Part shown: one piece after another, positions 1 through 9,085 of the stretch
Layout of the letters: every line of letters starts with the position of its first letter
Position numbering within the stretch: the first letter of the stretch is position 1
Source of the DNA: Acaryochloris marina MBIC11017
GTDB lineage: Bacteria > Cyanobacteriota > Cyanobacteriia > Thermosynechococcales > Thermosynechococcaceae
Assembly: GCF_000018105.1 (NCBI RefSeq)
Contig: NC_009925.1
Span: 240,001 to 272,000 of the forward strand
DNA: 32,000 bases
Reading direction: 5' to 3'
Position numbers and translations under genes: made by a program
The notes under the pieces: generated by a model
The model's input: only the letters and a program-made list of their open reading frames with translations
What the model was told of the DNA's origin: nothing
Databases searched by the model: none

Positions 1-140
1 CCGATTGGAATACTAGGCTTGCTCGAAAAAAGAGAGAACGTATCCCTAAAAATCAATTAGGGTGATTTCCAAACTTTTCCAAAAAACGGTTTTGACCGGG
101 GCCAAAATTCCCAGTAATTAGGGGTACGGTTTCTGAAAAA

Positions 141-446
141 TCACCCCTGTTTCAGCAGACTCCAACCACTTGGAAGCCTGTCAAAGAAATTCTTAATAGC
201 CCTTTGGTGTGTAACCTCGTCCTCCCAGTGGTGAAGCCGATCCAAAACCAAAGGCAAACACCAAAGTTTTTTTCGGCCAAGTCGCACGAAATGAACCCCC
301 TGGACCCATTTACCTGCTTGAGTCTGCACGTACAGCGTTGGGGCTGGGATGCCAATCAGTTGCTGCAACTCAACCTGAGAGCAATAGATTTGCCCCCCTA
401 ACAACTCTGGAAGTGTGGTGATTTCTGGTTCTGGAAAATTTGTCAT
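141..446 (-). CDS. small excisionase/AlpA-like helix-turn-helix DNA-binding protein (putative Xis of the integrase module)
   Basis: 101-aa ORF. The core QVELQQLIGIPAPTLYVQTQAGKW followed by GVHFVRLGRKKLW resembles the HTH-plus-wing pattern of MerR/AlpA-type excisionases. It is co-oriented with the integrase about 1.4 kb away. The call rests on motif resemblance only. Confidence 0.4.
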   Translation of the reverse strand: MTNFPEPEITTLPELLGGQIYCSQVELQQLIGIPAPTLYVQTQAGKWVQGVHFVRLGRKKLWCLPLVLDRLHHWEDEVTHQRAIKNFFDRLPSGWSLLKQG

Positions 447-966
447 TTGTTGCGCTTCTGAGTATCCGAAGCCGATCGCAACCGTGATCCTCAGCCGCCA
501 CGCATAAGGAATCAGGCCCGATAGGTTCGGGTTAGTTCGTCTCGTTCAGCCGCTAACCAATTTCAGAAATTGCAAAACTTCCTACACAGTTTCCACGCCT
601 GTGGTTTTTGGAGAGTTTGGTTGTGCCCCCGGCAAGTGGGGTTAGTTGCGATTCCTCTAAATTTGGTTTTGGCCTCGACCTGCTCAGAAATGGAATTGAA
701 AACTTGTTGGATGAGGCTCTTTTAGCCTTTTTGACTGACCGACCGCTGAAACCCAGTGCCTGTCAGTGATTTAACAATAGCTCGACCCCTATAAAAAGCG
801 CATCCGGGGCCTAAACTTTATTTTTCTTAACAATTAACGGTCTATACGCAGCAAGGCTTTCAGCCGTTTTTTTCGTAAACTTGCGTAAAGGTAAAAAATC
901 GTTGGAGAATTTCGCACTTAAGAATAGTTCTTAGATAGGCACGGTGCCCTGAGAACGCCAAAAGCC

Positions 967-1812
967 TTAACTAGCAAGCCTCCCAAGCTTTTTCTTTGTT
1001 CTACCGTGTCGAGGATTGCAAGCATTAGCAATCTCGGAGTCTAGTCTTTGTTTAGTCCTGTAGTAGCGTTCTAGTAGGTTATCGAGGGTGTATTGATGTT
1101 GTATTGACTTTGGTAGTTTACCGAGCCAATTCAACAGCCACAGCCGCGAACCGTGTCTAAGGTTAGATAGTCGTTCTTCGTCAGATGCCAAGTGTTTAGT
1201 AGCCAAGGCGAGAAGTTTATCTGACAGCTCCACACTCCCCCCGGTTAGCTGGTGACTGATTAACTTCTTGAGCTTGCCCCTTTCGTTTGCTCGGTAGGAC
1301 GCTAAAGATGTTTGACTTTTGCCTTTTAAGGCTTCACCTACGAATTCGGGACTGCACATCCACAGGTCGAAAGCAGCCTCTAAAGTGAGAATTGTCCGAA
1401 TAAAATCACCTGGGTTGTCAATCTTTCGATCGATAATCCCTTCCAACGTTTTCAAAGGGGAGTCTTTTCTCGTAACAATCAGGGTCCAAGAATACTGTGC
1501 AAGGGCGCATAGGTCCTCTAGTTGCGTTACTTCCAACCTAAAAATTCTTTGTTTTTGGACAGATAGTCCCCGAGGAAGGATTACTTCTCCATATGTATTG
1601 AGGTCGGAGAGCGCATCAAAGATCTCTTTGTACTTCTTTTTTAGATGGTTGAACTTAATCTGTGATTCTTCGTTGATCCTTCTCTCGGCAATGTCATCCG
1701 GGGGCATCCCATCTACAGCATGCTTAGATAAGGCATTAATCCTCTCTTTTCTGGTTGATGTCGATTTCTTGCTTGATCGGGCTAACTGGTTCTTCTTTTT
1801 GCGCCCTGCCAT
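967..1812 (-). CDS. hypothetical protein of the integrase module (basic N-terminus, helical body)
   Basis: 281-aa ORF that starts 79 nt downstream of the integrase stop on the same strand. It has a Lys/Arg-rich N-terminus (MAGRKKKNQLARSSKKSTSTRKE) and no motif I recognise. The overlapping plus-strand ORF 1319..1843 has S/R/L-rich composition typical of antisense noise. Confidence 0.5.
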   Translation of the reverse strand: MAGRKKKNQLARSSKKSTSTRKERINALSKHAVDGMPPDDIAERRINEESQIKFNHLKKKYKEIFDALSDLNTYGEVILPRGLSVQKQRIFRLEVTQLEDLCALAQYSWTLIVTRKDSPLKTLEGIIDRKIDNPGDFIRTILTLEAAFDLWMCSPEFVGEALKGKSQTSLASYRANERGKLKKLISHQLTGGSVELSDKLLALATKHLASDEERLSNLRHGSRLWLLNWLGKLPKSIQHQYTLDNLLERYYRTKQRLDSEIANACNPRHGRTKKKLGRLAS

Positions 1813-1891
1813 TAGAAGTCCTCCAAAGCTGCCACCACCTTAACCTCTAAGTGAAATCCTCTGTTCAGATAAAAATCATCAGCTGATCTGG

Positions 1892-3091
1892 CTAACAATC
1901 TCTTTCCAGCTCATCCAAATAATCGGCCCAAGCCTGCATCATTTCCCGCCGTTCTTCAAGAAACTCGGTCCTATTATATGCACGCCCCAAAGGACCCCGA
2001 ACTGCATGTGCAAGTTGATGCTCAATAAGCTCCGGTCGGTAGTGCAATTCTTCAGCAATTAGAGTCCTCGCCATAGCTCTGAACCCATGACCTGACATTT
2101 CATCTTTAGTAATGCCCATCGCCCGTAGTGCAGCCAGCACGGCGTTATTACTCATGTGCCGGGTCATGCTGTTAGCACTGGGAAAAACATATCGACTTGT
2201 GCCATTGCCCGTTATCAACTGCAGAGTCTGCAGTATCTCGATCGCTTGAGTAGCTAAGGGCACTATATGATCGGTCTCTGTTTTGGACACTTGAAACCGC
2301 CATTCTTTAGTATTCCAATTGATTTGTGACCATTGCATCGTCCGAAGCTCACCGGGTCTAACAAACGTTAAAGCCCCCATTCGCATAGCTGCCCGGACCA
2401 CCATCGAACCCCGATAGTCAGCGATCATCCGCATCAGCTCACCAACTCTTTTAGGATCTGTGATAGCAGCTCTATGTTTTGCGTCCACCGGGGCCAGTGC
2501 GCCGCCCAAATCATTGACTACATTGCGATCACATCGACCTGTAGCCACGGCATAACCCAGCACCATCCTCACAATAGACAGACATTTATGAGCCAGTGCA
2601 TTAGCTCCTCTAGCTTCAACAGCCCTAATAACCGCCAACACTTCAGGGGCTGTAATCTCTGTGACTGGCCTCGGCCCTAAGCTTGGATTTAAATCCCTAT
2701 TCAACCGATTCCTTACTATTCCGCGATAACTCTCAGACCAACCAGCATTCTTTTGACTGAACCATTCATCAGCCACAAATTCAAATGTGTTGCCTTGGGC
2801 TAGCTGTAACGATAACTGCAATCTCTTGGCCTCAGTAGTAGGGTTAAGACCCTGAGCCACTAGCCGTCTAGCTTCTAGGTGCTTAGCTCGTGCCTCACCT
2901 AGCCCTAATTCTGGATAAGATCCAATGCTGAACGTGGATTCTTTTCCTTGGATTCTGTACCTGTACTTCCAGTGCTTCCCACCAGCCGGGGTGATTTGCA
3001 AAAACAAGCCACCACCATCAGACAGTCTATAAGAGCCAGTCTTGGGTTTAGCGTTTCGGACCTGTAGATCCGTTAGTCTATTAGTAGCCAT
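1892..3091 (-). CDS. int: site-specific tyrosine recombinase, P4-type integrase (DUF4102 arm-binding N-domain plus phage integrase catalytic domain)
   Basis: 399 aa. The N-terminus LTDLQVRNAKPKTGSYRLSDGGGLFLQITPAGGKHWKYRYR is the classic DUF4102 signature. The catalytic residues are in the expected order: RPGELRTMQW (Arg), HGFRAMARTL (H-x-x-R), HQLAH, and GRAYNRTEF (Tyr). Confidence 0.92.
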   Translation of the reverse strand: MATNRLTDLQVRNAKPKTGSYRLSDGGGLFLQITPAGGKHWKYRYRIQGKESTFSIGSYPELGLGEARAKHLEARRLVAQGLNPTTEAKRLQLSLQLAQGNTFEFVADEWFSQKNAGWSESYRGIVRNRLNRDLNPSLGPRPVTEITAPEVLAVIRAVEARGANALAHKCLSIVRMVLGYAVATGRCDRNVVNDLGGALAPVDAKHRAAITDPKRVGELMRMIADYRGSMVVRAAMRMGALTFVRPGELRTMQWSQINWNTKEWRFQVSKTETDHIVPLATQAIEILQTLQLITGNGTSRYVFPSANSMTRHMSNNAVLAALRAMGITKDEMSGHGFRAMARTLIAEELHYRPELIEHQLAHAVRGPLGRAYNRTEFLEERREMMQAWADYLDELERDC

Positions 3092-3291
3092 AAAAATGTG
3101 GGCTAACTACAAGCCGCTCCTCTAAAACGACCCACAAATTAACCCACAGTTTTTTTAGATGCAGATAGATCACCTTGGCTAATGGTAGATTTTCAAGATA
3201 CAAAAACAACGACATATCAATTGGTACAATTCTTTAGTTAGATCTCAGTGGACCCTAGCAGATCGAGCAACGATTTCTCAAGGAGGATTCC

Positions 3292-4011
3292 ATGGTATTC
3301 CAGCGCTCTATCTCCGTATCTTTGGGAATGGTGCTTGCCCCCCTCATTAGCTTGTCCTGTGCAGATATAGGACAGGCTGCCGAGAGCATCATTGTTCGCT
3401 ACAAGTCAGAAGAAGCAACGGTGACTCGAAAAGACCTCAACAGGTTTGCGGAGACGGGGGAGATGCCCGCTGATTTGCAAAAGTTGCTAGGGACAGATGC
3501 CCAAGTGCCCAATGGTGTTCAAACACTCTTAAGAGAAGAAATCAAAATTCCTAGGTTTGTCGAACGCTTCATCGAAGGATCCAATGGTGATTTTTTATTA
3601 TTGAAACTGGATGATGCCATTAGTAGTGCTTCGGGCAGCACGGAAAGGGATTTAAATGCAATTCGAACGGCTGTATTAGATTCTATTGCTGACAACCGAG
3701 TATCCTTTATTGAACTGATTGCCAAGCATCCCCAAACTCAAATTCAGCTTGATCTGACCAGTTTAGAGGGGACTTACAAGGATGTACGCGGTTTTGTGGA
3801 GCGGGTACTGCCTGCCCTTGAAGTGGCTAAAGGGGTGTTGCAAGATTTAGTTTGCGACTGTGATACGGCGAAATCTGCGGTTGAACCGGCAGTAGATACG
3901 CCTGAAGGCAAGCAATACCAGTCTGCGAATACAGTGACCGACCGTCATTCCTCGCAGAATTGCAATCACCTTGAGCCGACTGAACAGGCTATCCCAATCG
4001 AGACCAAATAG
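3292..4011 (+). CDS. secreted DUF1400-like protein, paralog 1
   Basis: A strong SD (AAGGAGG) precedes the ATG. There is an N-terminal signal-like hydrophobic stretch (SLGMVLAPLISLSCA). IIVRYKSEEATVTRKDLNRFAETGEMPADLQKLLG resembles the cyanobacterial DUF1400 domain from memory. The C-terminus carries an LVCDCD motif shared with the next gene. Confidence 0.6.
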   Translation: MVFQRSISVSLGMVLAPLISLSCADIGQAAESIIVRYKSEEATVTRKDLNRFAETGEMPADLQKLLGTDAQVPNGVQTLLREEIKIPRFVERFIEGSNGDFLLLKLDDAISSASGSTERDLNAIRTAVLDSIADNRVSFIELIAKHPQTQIQLDLTSLEGTYKDVRGFVERVLPALEVAKGVLQDLVCDCDTAKSAVEPAVDTPEGKQYQSANTVTDRHSSQNCNHLEPTEQAIPIETK

Positions 4012-4081
4012 CTTGCTTTCCCAGGACGCAAGTCTTTCCCTCATTAACCAGAAGTCAGCTCTCTCAATTTGGGACCGTACT

Positions 4082-4789
4082 ATGGCATTAACATCGATGA
4101 TAGGTCGCTCTCGCTTCCAAAGAATGCGACATAGGCTGATCTGGATGGGACTGGGGGCTATTTGTACCTTGTCTTGTCTAGGCCTTCACACCGAAACGGC
4201 CCTGGGGGCCACCAAGATTAAATTTACCTATGGGCCATTTGGTCAATCCCTCACGGTACAGGAACTCAAGACCTTTGCTGAAACCGGTAAAGCCTCTTCC
4301 AAACTCAAGTTTTTTATGAATGCTGCCGATCAAGATCCAAAGGTCGTCCGTCGATTTTTAACTCAAGATGTAAAAATTAGCCTCAGATTGGCCGATCGGT
4401 TGCTCTACTTATTGCCAGGTGAATATGCCTTGTTTCAAGCGGGCCAGATTTTTCAGACTCCAAGTCAAGGGGCCAATATCCAAGCCCTTCGCTCGGGGGT
4501 GATTCAGTCCTTGAGCGATGATAGTCAGATTTCCCTATTGGAGTTTCTGGAAAAGTATCCCCTGGCTGAAATGACAATTGATGGCGTCAAGTTGGCCCGA
4601 ACCGCCGATCAGATTGATCGACTAGTGAGTCGGTTTGCACCTTCCGTGGAATCCGGTGCTGCGATCGCAACTGAACTTCTAGAAAGTTTGGTTTGTGATT
4701 GTGAGTCTGGTGCGATTCAACCAAAACCATCTGTTACTGCACCTAATCCCATCCCTGAACCAGCCCCTGACGCGACACCTCCCGGTTGA
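4082..4789 (+). CDS. secreted DUF1400-like protein, paralog 2
   Basis: The ORF is open from 3971, but the first 37 codons overlap the previous gene, so I place the start at ATG 4082 (MALTSMIGRS...). It has a signal-like segment (LIWMGLGAICTLSCLGL). IKFTYGPFGQSLTVQELKTFAETGKASSKLKFFMN parallels paralog 1. The C-terminus has an LVCDCE motif followed by a Pro-rich tail. Confidence 0.55.
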   Translation: MALTSMIGRSRFQRMRHRLIWMGLGAICTLSCLGLHTETALGATKIKFTYGPFGQSLTVQELKTFAETGKASSKLKFFMNAADQDPKVVRRFLTQDVKISLRLADRLLYLLPGEYALFQAGQIFQTPSQGANIQALRSGVIQSLSDDSQISLLEFLEKYPLAEMTIDGVKLARTADQIDRLVSRFAPSVESGAAIATELLESLVCDCESGAIQPKPSVTAPNPIPEPAPDATPPG

Positions 4790-4826
4790 GAGTTGAAGGA
4801 GACTCAAATCTGATGATGGTCTGACT

Positions 4827-5969
4827 CTATTGGATTAGGGAAATCAAATCAGGAGCAGAATCATAGACCGAGTTTTGCTGTTCTCGTAAAAATGATCCGG
4901 TTCGATGTTTAACAACAGCCTGGATCTCTGACACTATCGCTAAGGCAATTTCACTAGGTGTTTCCGCGCCGATATCTAGGCCAATGGGGCCATGGAGCCG
5001 ATTGAGTTGCTCCGGCGTAAGAGAGCCCCCATCCTGTAGACCTTGAATAAGCTGTTGAGTCCTTGCTTTTGTGCCAGGAACACCTAAGTAGCCTATGGCA
5101 CTAGACCAAAGAAACTTTACGATTGCCAAATCCTGCTCAAAGTCTCCAGTCATCACAACAGCAGCTGAATATGATGAGAGCTGAATTTGTTGATGCAAGT
5201 CCTGAGGCTCGACTTGCAGAATATGATCTGCCTCTGGGAAATGGTTGAGTTTAATCTCTCGCGATGGATGCTCAACGATAACAACAGTCCACCCCAACTG
5301 TTTTGCGAGGAGTGTAATGGGGGAAGTGTAAGGTGTAATACCAAAGATATAGAGCTGGATGGGGGGAATAATGACTTCAATCAGGGCTTGGACATAACCG
5401 TCAATAAAGGGATAGCTCCTAGTCCGAGTTTGCCCCGCTGCCAATATTTTGACCGTATCTTGAAAAATAAGATTGGTGAGAAAATGGTCCCCAATTTGAT
5501 TGGCCACTGAACCATCCATCTTGAGAAATAATCGGGAGGCGACTTGGGCAGGAATATCACCTTCTACAGTAAAGACAGTTGCGATTGCCCCGGATTGGTT
5601 CTCGTCATAACATTCAGCAATGAAATCAAACTGAGCTCTAGTGGATCGACTATTAAGAGGCTCCAGTAAAATTGTAGTTCCGCCTCGAGAGCTTGTCTTA
5701 TCCAGTGTGTGAAGTTGATCGACATGATATCGATACACTTGGGGACAGCCATTAATCTGAACAAGCTGTTTAACTTGGTTAATAATTTTCTGATCAATAT
5801 AATCCTCACAAATCGCCCGAATGGTTTGATCAGCTTTGGTCAATAGAATCCGAGTTCCAGACCTGCAGTAGCTTGATTCCTCCGCTTGCAACACAGTCGC
5901 TACAATAATTGACGGATCTTGATGATCGGCTTGAATAACAAAAGGAATGATTTCTTGTAGCTCTTTCAT
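4827..5969 (-). CDS. XdhC/CoxI-family molybdoenzyme maturation accessory protein
   Basis: The N-domain IVATVLQAEESSYCRSGTRILL, the Rossmann-like LYIFGITPYTSPITLLAKQLGWTVVIVEH, and the C-terminal GPIGLDIGAETPSEIALAIVSEIQAV match the XdhC pattern. The ATG is at 5969, and an alternative TTG lies at 5984. Confidence 0.75.
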   Translation of the reverse strand: MKELQEIIPFVIQADHQDPSIIVATVLQAEESSYCRSGTRILLTKADQTIRAICEDYIDQKIINQVKQLVQINGCPQVYRYHVDQLHTLDKTSSRGGTTILLEPLNSRSTRAQFDFIAECYDENQSGAIATVFTVEGDIPAQVASRLFLKMDGSVANQIGDHFLTNLIFQDTVKILAAGQTRTRSYPFIDGYVQALIEVIIPPIQLYIFGITPYTSPITLLAKQLGWTVVIVEHPSREIKLNHFPEADHILQVEPQDLHQQIQLSSYSAAVVMTGDFEQDLAIVKFLWSSAIGYLGVPGTKARTQQLIQGLQDGGSLTPEQLNRLHGPIGLDIGAETPSEIALAIVSEIQAVVKHRTGSFLREQQNSVYDSAPDLISLIQ

Positions 5970-6551
5970 TCGAACGGGTAGCAAAACTGTAAAGTGATTG
6001 CTCTAAACGGAAAAAATCTATTTCCAAATTTAGTTAGAGGTATGCTTTTCTGCTCTAAAAGTCATCAATCCCCCCAATCATCTAGTAATTCTTTTTTACT
6101 GCGAGAATCCTCGTTAACTTCGAATAAAATCCTTCTAAAATATTTCGAGAAATATTTAATGGGAACGTTGGCTATTTCCCAAATCTTGAGTTTATACTGC
6201 TACCATTTCTTAAGTTAGCTATTAATTTATACTTTGCTATTTAATCCAGCTATAACCCTTTAGCAAGGCATTGGCTCATAAATATTAGTAATCTTTACAA
6301 AAAGCTGAGAAGTTTACTTGTTGGCACTTTGCTGTAAAAGATTTGTGATGAAATGTGAATTATTTAGATATTGAAGCAATTCAAAGTATGACTAAATAAA
6401 TGAAAATATAGACAGGCACCAAAAGCGATTAATTTACTCTATTTCTGAAATTAGGACGAAATTCAATCTTTATGAATTCCCTTAGAACTCATCAACTCTT
6501 GATAAAGTGAGGCCACGTCTCACTGGTTTCAGATAAGGAGCAACAATAGTT

Positions 6552-7544
6552 GTGCGTAAGTACATTTTTCTACTGCTGTTGGGATTAATCTCTGTCCTGG
6601 GATGTGAATTGTCGACCCAAGCGAATCCTACTTTACAGCTAGGGCTACCCATTGATTGCACCTTAGGTAATGACTGCTTTGTTCTGCTTTATACGGATCG
6701 TGATCCTGGCCCAGAAGCGGTAGATTTTGGCTGTGGCCGGATGACATACGATGGCCACAAAGGGACCGACTTTGCTATCCCTGATGAGCAGGTAATGGCG
6801 GAGGGAGTCAAAGTAAAAGCCGCCGCCGCAGGGACAGTATTACGCACTCGGAACAACATTCGCGATCGCCGCATTCAGGATCAAACTCAAACCGACGCCG
6901 TTGAAGGAATGGAATGTGGTAACGGTGTTGTCATAGAACATGATGAAAACTGGCAGACTCAATATTGTCATCTTCGGAAAGGCAGTGTTCTAGTTCAACC
7001 AGGTGACAAAGTGAAAGAGGGGACGCCTCTAGGTTTAGTGGGTACTTCTGGAAAGGCTTCTTTTCCCCATGTTCACTTGAGTGTTCGCTACCAAGATCGG
7101 GTTGTGGATCCGTTTGTGGGACCGGAAGCCCCATCAGGGTGTCAGGGTAGCAAGAGTCCTTTATGGAAAACGGCCCTTCCCTATCAATCAACGGGATTGA
7201 TCCGGGCTGGCTTTGCAACGCAACTTCCAGAGCTAGAACAATTATGGGATGGAGAATTTAAAGATCAAGTGCTTCCAGTGGATAGCCCTGCCCTGGTGTT
7301 TTGGGTCCACACCTATGGAATGCTCAAAGGAGATCAAGAACGCCTGCAGCTCCGAGATCCTCAGGGTAAGATTGTCGCTCAGTTTAATCGAACAGTATCG
7401 GAATCTCAGAAGGTATGGACCCGTTCATTAGGGAAGAAGGGCACTAAGCAACCCCTTATTCCAGGTCAGTGGTCTGGACGGTACCAGTTGATTAGAGACC
7501 AGAAAACGATCATTGATCATGAAGCAGATGTGCTTTTGCAATAG
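6552..7544 (+). CDS. M23 (LytM-type) family metallopeptidase, secreted
   Basis: GTG start followed by a signal peptide (MRKYIFLLLLGLISVLGC). It has the HxxxD motif (HKGTDFAIPD) and the HxH motif (FPHVHLSV), with GDKVKEGTPLGLVGTSG in between. Confidence 0.85.
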   Translation: MRKYIFLLLLGLISVLGCELSTQANPTLQLGLPIDCTLGNDCFVLLYTDRDPGPEAVDFGCGRMTYDGHKGTDFAIPDEQVMAEGVKVKAAAAGTVLRTRNNIRDRRIQDQTQTDAVEGMECGNGVVIEHDENWQTQYCHLRKGSVLVQPGDKVKEGTPLGLVGTSGKASFPHVHLSVRYQDRVVDPFVGPEAPSGCQGSKSPLWKTALPYQSTGLIRAGFATQLPELEQLWDGEFKDQVLPVDSPALVFWVHTYGMLKGDQERLQLRDPQGKIVAQFNRTVSESQKVWTRSLGKKGTKQPLIPGQWSGRYQLIRDQKTIIDHEADVLLQ

Positions 7545-7651
7545 AGAAATAGGACAGATCCAAAGCTTCGGGGGGTATGATGTCTACTTTTTATAAAGTA
7601 CATGGAAGCTATCTTCTGCATTTGGATCCAAGAGGTCAAGTTTATGATGGG

Positions 7652-8545
7652 CTAGGTCATGGATTGATACCGACGCTCTAGATCCTTAATCTGCAAAGAG
7701 AGGTTAGATAGTTGACTGATTAGGTCAACTGGCACTTCTTCGGCTAATTGGATAATAGGGATATTAATATCAATTAAGTTTTTTGTTAAGACATAACACT
7801 CAACCAATTCGCTGAGTCTGTAATATTTACTCTGAAAGTACTGGCGTTTTCTGGGCTTATCTGAAATTGATCTGATGTGAAAGGCTTCATCTTGGCTATA
7901 TGGAAGTAGCCTTTTATTAGCTTGATGCAATTTTGTTAATTCTATTTCCAGTTGTTGGAGCTGTTCTCCCCAGGCATCACTTTGTTTAATGAGTCGTTGC
8001 TCCAACATCAAACGATTTTGTGTTTTGGAGTTGTGTTGCTTGCTTCGCAAGATTCTTGGCAAAATATTACCTACTAAAAGGCTACCGACAACCGCCACAA
8101 TGATAATTGTAGCTACCCCTCCTCGAATCGATAAACCTAAGCAAAGAATAAATATACTGACCCCAATCACGGTATATCGTTGATATTTGAGAAATTGCCG
8201 TTGAGGATGGGGCAAGAAGTGAGACTGGTTGGTCTTGACATCTACTAATAAAATGGGCTGTAAGTGACCAACACCTTTTGCCGGCATCATCAAAATAATT
8301 GGAATATTTGCACCGATGAGTTGATCAATTTCTACTGTTTTAATAGACCCAGTTCTCATCTGAATTCTAGCTAGATAAATATTTTGGTGATTACGGGAAA
8401 ACCCCAACCATGAGCCAATAACGACACCAGGCTCAGCTTGGTAGAGTGAATAGCAATGGGAACAAATGACTTGCCATTTTCTCAGAGACTGATAGTCTTC
8501 TGGTAAGTACAATGAACGTTTGCAAGTCGGACAAGTGCTTTTCAT
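7652..8545 (-). CDS. hypothetical zinc-ribbon / two-TM / coiled-coil membrane protein (orphan, AT-rich gene)
   Basis: 297 aa. The N-terminal CPTC...CSHC pair suggests a zinc ribbon. The central hydrophobic stretch YTVIGVSIFILCLGLSIRGGVATIIIVAVVGSLLVGNILP gives about two TM helices. The C-terminal part is heptad-like and charged. I recognise no family. Confidence 0.5.
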   Translation of the reverse strand: MKSTCPTCKRSLYLPEDYQSLRKWQVICSHCYSLYQAEPGVVIGSWLGFSRNHQNIYLARIQMRTGSIKTVEIDQLIGANIPIILMMPAKGVGHLQPILLVDVKTNQSHFLPHPQRQFLKYQRYTVIGVSIFILCLGLSIRGGVATIIIVAVVGSLLVGNILPRILRSKQHNSKTQNRLMLEQRLIKQSDAWGEQLQQLEIELTKLHQANKRLLPYSQDEAFHIRSISDKPRKRQYFQSKYYRLSELVECYVLTKNLIDINIPIIQLAEEVPVDLISQLSNLSLQIKDLERRYQSMT

Positions 8546-9085
8546 CTTCAGTTTAAATTGATAATTCCATGGCCTTATTTATCGTAATTTTCCAGATGAA
8601 AGATAATATTAGAGTGACATCTCTACTCGCCCATTAGATATCAAGGGACTATTTTTCTTGCTTGAACACTTTGGGAAAATCGACTATACTTCTTACCTAT
8701 ATTTTTACATATTTGAAATACAGTCTTTATCTTTTGAAATTATTATTATTTTATGTAGCCAGGAGTAAATTATTCTACTTGAATAGCCGTTTCAGATTGC
8801 GCAAACCTTAGGTCTGACACCCTAAGATCAATTGACTATTGATAGGTTGTTTAAATTCTATAAGTTCCAGAAAATAATTAGATAGATTAAAGGCCTTTCA
8901 GGATAAACACATTAAATTTTGGTCGTATACGGTTTAATGTTGAATGAGCTGAAATAATTGAGTGAAGTTTAAGCTAACAGAGGTGAGTCTAGAGGATTTC
9001 AAAAAGGTATCAGCGATCAACATATAAAGATGTAAATCTTCTAAGTTTTGTCCGTGAATTATGTCGTCATAGATGAATAGCATAA

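Noticed and set aside
529-647. Direct 9-nt repeat GGGTTAGTT at 529..537 and 639..647 in the non-coding stretch of the integrase module
   Set aside because: There are only two short copies, too few to call iterons or arm-type sites without comparative data.
1319-1843. 174-aa plus-strand ORF opposite gene 967..1812
   Set aside because: It has Ser/Arg/Leu-rich antisense-type composition. The minus-strand frame is longer, co-oriented with the integrase, and protein-like.
3092-3291. Possible tRNA or attachment site next to the integrase start
   Set aside because: I found no T-arm (GGTTCGAAT-like) or acceptor-stem pairing on either strand, and no repeat of this stretch elsewhere in 1..1000. A missed degenerate att site remains possible.
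7556-7628. 8-bp inverted repeat GATCCAAA ... TTTGGATC between the convergent M23 and zinc-ribbon genes, a possible bidirectional terminator
   Set aside because: The arms are short and separated by about 55 nt with no T-run, so this is not a convincing intrinsic terminator.
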